From NCBI GenBank assembly GCA_016212465.1, contig JACRGE010000017.1, positions 1 through 58,210 of the forward strand: a stretch of 58,210 nt of DNA. Direction: 5' to 3'. The translations under genes and the position numbers were made by a program. The notes under the pieces were generated by a model that saw only the letters and a list, made by a program, of their open reading frames with translations, was not told the DNA's origin and ran no database searches. Positions 55,723 to 58,210 of the stretch are shown piece after piece (position 1 is the stretch's first letter; each line of letters opens with the position of its first letter). This DNA is from Candidatus Micrarchaeota archaeon. GTDB taxonomy: Archaea; Micrarchaeota; Micrarchaeia; Norongarragalinales; JACRGE01.

Positions 55723-56130
55723 TTAGCCGAAGATGCTTCCAAAGCCTTGAGCCGCATTGACTTCGTCGCTCTTTATCCTTTCTATGATTTCCTCCTTTTC
55801 CTTTCCCTCAATCGCCTTAAGCGAGGAAAGCTCCCTGGCTTTTAGGCCATTCAATATCTGTGCCTTCTGCTCTTCGCTCAAGTTCTTTCCCTCGATTATC
55901 TTCTTGAGCCTTTCCTCGGCTTTTTCCGCAAGGCGGTTGGCCAACTTTTTTCCAACTTCTTCTTCGGCACTGAAGTAAAGAACATAGCTTCCTTCAGGCA
56001 GTCCAAGGCCTTGAGAATCCCTCAAAGTATAACCCGTTTTCGCGAAGGAAACGTTGTCATACGGATTTTCTTCAAGAATCTTTTTCAGCTTCTCGTACTC
56101 GCCTGAAGCAATTGAGAAAACGTATTCCAT
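55723..56130 (-). CDS. Hypothetical protein with a charged helical C-terminal half and a ribosomal-stalk-like tail
   Basis: No family recognised. Ends ...DEVNAAQGFGSIFG. Confidence 0.5.
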   Translation of the reverse strand: MEYVFSIASGEYEKLKKILEENPYDNVSFAKTGYTLRDSQGLGLPEGSYVLYFSAEEEVGKKLANRLAEKAEERLKKIIEGKNLSEEQKAQILNGLKARELSSLKAIEGKEKEEIIERIKSDEVNAAQGFGSIFG

Positions 56131-56198
56131 TTCAACTCACCCCTGAATTCAATATATATTGGAGATTGCAGTAAATAACCATTGAATATTGTTTGATG

Positions 56199-56900
56199 TT
56201 ACTGTTCCTTTTGCCCGTAGTACGCGTTTTTCCCGTGCTTTCTGAAGAAGTGCTTGTCCAGCAGGAAGGAAGGGAGCTCTGCATTTGGATTCAATTCAAG
56301 TGTTTCAACCGCCATCCCAGCTATCTCCTCGAGCATTACCGCATTATAGACTGCTGAGTCAACTGTCCTACCCCAAGCAAAAGGACCGTGGCCCGCAACA
56401 AGGCACGCCGGCACCTGCAAAGGGTTGATTCCTTTTTCGTTGAAGAGCTCTACGATGACCCTGCCAGTATTTCTTTCATAATCCCGTTCCACTTCCTCTT
56501 TCGTCATCTCCCTCGTAACTGGGATCTCTCCATAGAAATAATCTGCATGCGTAGTCCCAAGGCAAGGAATTGGCTTTTTGGCTTGCGCGAATGCAGTCGC
56601 GTTTTTGGAATGAGTGTGCACAATCGCTCCGATTTCATTGAAGTTCTTATATAACTCAATATGCGTTGGAGCGTCTGAGCTCGGCTTCTTGCTTCCCTCT
56701 GCAATCCTTCCATCCAAATCCAATACGACGATATCCCCCGGACTCATTTCCTCATATCCGACTCCACTGGGCTTTATCGCAATCACGCCCTCTTTTCTAT
56801 CAACCATACTGACGTTACCGAATGTGAAAACCACTAAACCATGTTCAACCAATGCCTTGTTGGCTGCCAGTGTCTTTATTCTAAGTTCCTCGAATTTCAT
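56199..56900 (-). CDS. araD: L-ribulose-5-phosphate 4-epimerase (class II aldolase/adducin family)
   Basis: Collinear end to end with E. coli AraD as I recall it: GNVSxVDR, IKPSGV, KKPSSDxPTH, IVHTHS, GTTHADYFYGxIP, HGPFAWG, LLDKHxxRKHGxxAYYGQ. Confidence 0.85.
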   Translation of the reverse strand: MKFEELRIKTLAANKALVEHGLVVFTFGNVSMVDRKEGVIAIKPSGVGYEEMSPGDIVVLDLDGRIAEGSKKPSSDAPTHIELYKNFNEIGAIVHTHSKNATAFAQAKKPIPCLGTTHADYFYGEIPVTREMTKEEVERDYERNTGRVIVELFNEKGINPLQVPACLVAGHGPFAWGRTVDSAVYNAVMLEEIAGMAVETLELNPNAELPSFLLDKHFFRKHGKNAYYGQKEQ

Positions 56901-56915
56901 GCTACCCCCACCTAG

Positions 56916-57548
56916 TTAAGTGCTTGCAACAGCCAGTTTCAGCTGCCTTAACTGCACTGGACTCGCGAGCCTGAGACCGTATTTCCTTTCAATATACTCT
57001 TCCAAACTCGGAGTTCTGAATCCGATGTCAGAGGGGTTGACGAAAGTTCTGTTTCCCAATAATTTCCTCAACTCCTGCCCCCTAGCGGTGTTTCCCGCAT
57101 AGCTTTTTACCATCAGCCGACCGTCCTTTTCCCTGTATATTATTCTCGCTCCAGTTCCCTGTGCTTGAATCTGCTCCAGACTCCTTTCCCCAGAGTGAAG
57201 TTCAGCTAGTTCCTCAAGCATCTGCGGATGCACTCTCTTGGAAAAAAAGTAGTCCGACGCGGCGTTGATTAGATTGCGTTTGTTCATTTCAGGCGTTTTC
57301 ATTAATTCATATCGCTGCAGCTTTAAATATTCCTCAAGCGCCTTCTGCTCCCGCGTTTTGAACAAAAATAGCTTCCTTCCAACTGCGCTCTTCAAGAACC
57401 TGTCGCTTTCTCGTTTCCACTCCGCTTCAGAATATTGGCGCCTTTTTCCAGCCATTTCAAGATATGCTGAGGCGGCTTCCTTCCTACGCTTGTTCTCCAT
57501 CATTTTTTCGAAAAGCTTCATGAATACACTCAGGCAAACAACATTCAT
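56916..57548 (-). CDS. Hypothetical protein
   Basis: Long ORF with protein-like composition and no recognisable motif. The start may be an internal ATG at 57521. Confidence 0.4.
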   Translation of the reverse strand: MNVVCLSVFMKLFEKMMENKRRKEAASAYLEMAGKRRQYSEAEWKRESDRFLKSAVGRKLFLFKTREQKALEEYLKLQRYELMKTPEMNKRNLINAASDYFFSKRVHPQMLEELAELHSGERSLEQIQAQGTGARIIYREKDGRLMVKSYAGNTARGQELRKLLGNRTFVNPSDIGFRTPSLEEYIERKYGLRLASPVQLRQLKLAVAST

Positions 57549-57896
57549 AAATTTATGCCTGTCAGAAAGGTCACATAATTCCTTTTTTATGCTGACTGGG
57601 ATTCAAATTGAAGGACATTTTCCTCTAAAAATGCCTTAAAACATTTCATCTGAAGAACCAGAAGCACTTTCGTCAATCATACTCTTTTGGACAATCTCGC
57701 CTGTCAAAAAAAGTCCAGAACCAGAATGCGTGGCACAGAAAAAGAAAACCCGTCTCTAGACTATACTCTATCACGATAAGCCTCAGGGGCGAACCGCAGG
57801 CGAATCCGCTAATCCCCATCTACCAAGATGCAGTATACCTAAGATCAGAACTCTTTTATATGCAGTAACTTTACTTTATTAGGGGGGGCGGTTTGA

Positions 57897-58178
57897 ATGG
57901 ATTTGGAACTCGAGAAAAAAAGGCGCTCGCTTTACAAACAGATGGTAGCTATACGGCTCTGCGGAGGATTTCTATTCAGCTATGGACTCCTTGATGCGAT
58001 GGCGAACATCAATACGCTAGAAAAACAATCCCAAATTATTTTCCTGATAGAATCGCTTGAATTTCTGCTTCCGATGGCAATTGGCCTGATGATGCTGACG
58101 ATAAAACCCATTCAAGAGATACGAATTGAACCCATTCAAGAAACGCGGATTGACCTTTTCCCGCGCCGCGGCAAGTAG
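57897..58178 (+). CDS. Small hypothetical membrane protein
   Basis: Two hydrophobic segments. RBS-like GGGGGGGCGG upstream. Contains a 24-nt tandem duplication. Confidence 0.35.
   Translation: MDLELEKKRRSLYKQMVAIRLCGGFLFSYGLLDAMANINTLEKQSQIIFLIESLEFLLPMAIGLMMLTIKPIQEIRIEPIQETRIDLFPRRGK
58107..58154 (+). repeat. Imperfect 2 x 24-nt tandem duplication inside the small ORF
   Basis: CCCATTCAAGAGATACGAATTGAA / CCCATTCAAGAAACGCGGATTGAC, encoding PIQEIRIE / PIQETRID. Confidence 0.6.
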
Positions 58179-58210
58179 CAAATTAAAAAAATAAAACTAA
58201 AGCCTCAGGG

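Noticed and set aside
54898-56130. JAMM protease plus the neighbouring 135-aa protein as a SAMP/ubiquitin-like modifier pair
   Set aside because: The 135-aa protein ends in ...GSIFG, not a di-glycine, and shows no obvious beta-grasp pattern. No E1-like (UbaA/MoeB) gene is present in the window.
57777-57825. tRNA or split-tRNA half (GGCGAATCC resembles a T-loop and the sequence ends ...ATCTACCA)
   Set aside because: I could not fold a cloverleaf on either strand. No 5-bp T-stem flanks a TTCGAAT-like loop, and there is no matching acceptor strand or D-arm. A covariance-model scan is needed before calling it.
1-58210. CRISPR arrays, rRNA genes, transposases, integrases or prophage genes
   Set aside because: Reading both strands, I saw no regularly spaced direct repeats, rRNA-like conserved blocks, or DDE/tyrosine/serine recombinase motifs. 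The only tandem repeat (58107-58154) is a coding duplication.

Overview
This window looks like archaeal chromosome. The markers are AglB/STT3, an archaeal-type AlaRS and GlyRS, FtsZ, a Nop5-like protein, RNase P RNA, SRP RNA and a C/D box sRNA. TATA-like promoters, GGTGG/GGAGG ribosome-binding sites and oligo-T terminators fit this; the lineage cannot be assigned from sequence alone. Positions 1-22 kb are mostly housekeeping: an Lrp-lysA-dapL lysine operon, aglB, alaS, gdhA, ftsZ, glyS and three structured RNAs that the ORF track covers with spurious ORFs. Positions 22.3-48.5 kb form a roughly 26 kb surface-glycan biosynthesis island. It holds a flippase, four GT2/GT4 transferases, Ugd plus UDP-xylose synthase, an amino-deoxysugar module, two methyltransferases, an ATP-grasp/HAD pair, a B12-radical-SAM enzyme, a DUF362 protein and two paralogous ~730-750 aa polytopic GT-C-like membrane proteins. 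The island ends at a 951 aa membrane-anchored surface (S-layer-like) protein in which I count about 44 N-x-S/T sequons plus a Thr-rich stalk. Positions 51.6-58.2 kb carry small accessory genes: GNAT, a membrane-anchored PLD/Nuc nuclease, a SpoIIM-like protein, a cyclase, a JAMM protease, a bacterial-type AraD and hypotheticals. I found no CRISPR array, rRNA, convincing tRNA or mobile element. The best candidates for something undescribed are (1) the two GT-C paralogs beside the sequon- and Thr-rich surface protein, with the odd tailoring enzymes around them; (2) a Nop5 lacking its fibrillarin-binding N-terminal domain; (3) a small protein ending in a ribosomal-stalk-like GFGSIFG tail. All functions are inferred from motifs I recognise by eye; no database search was run.
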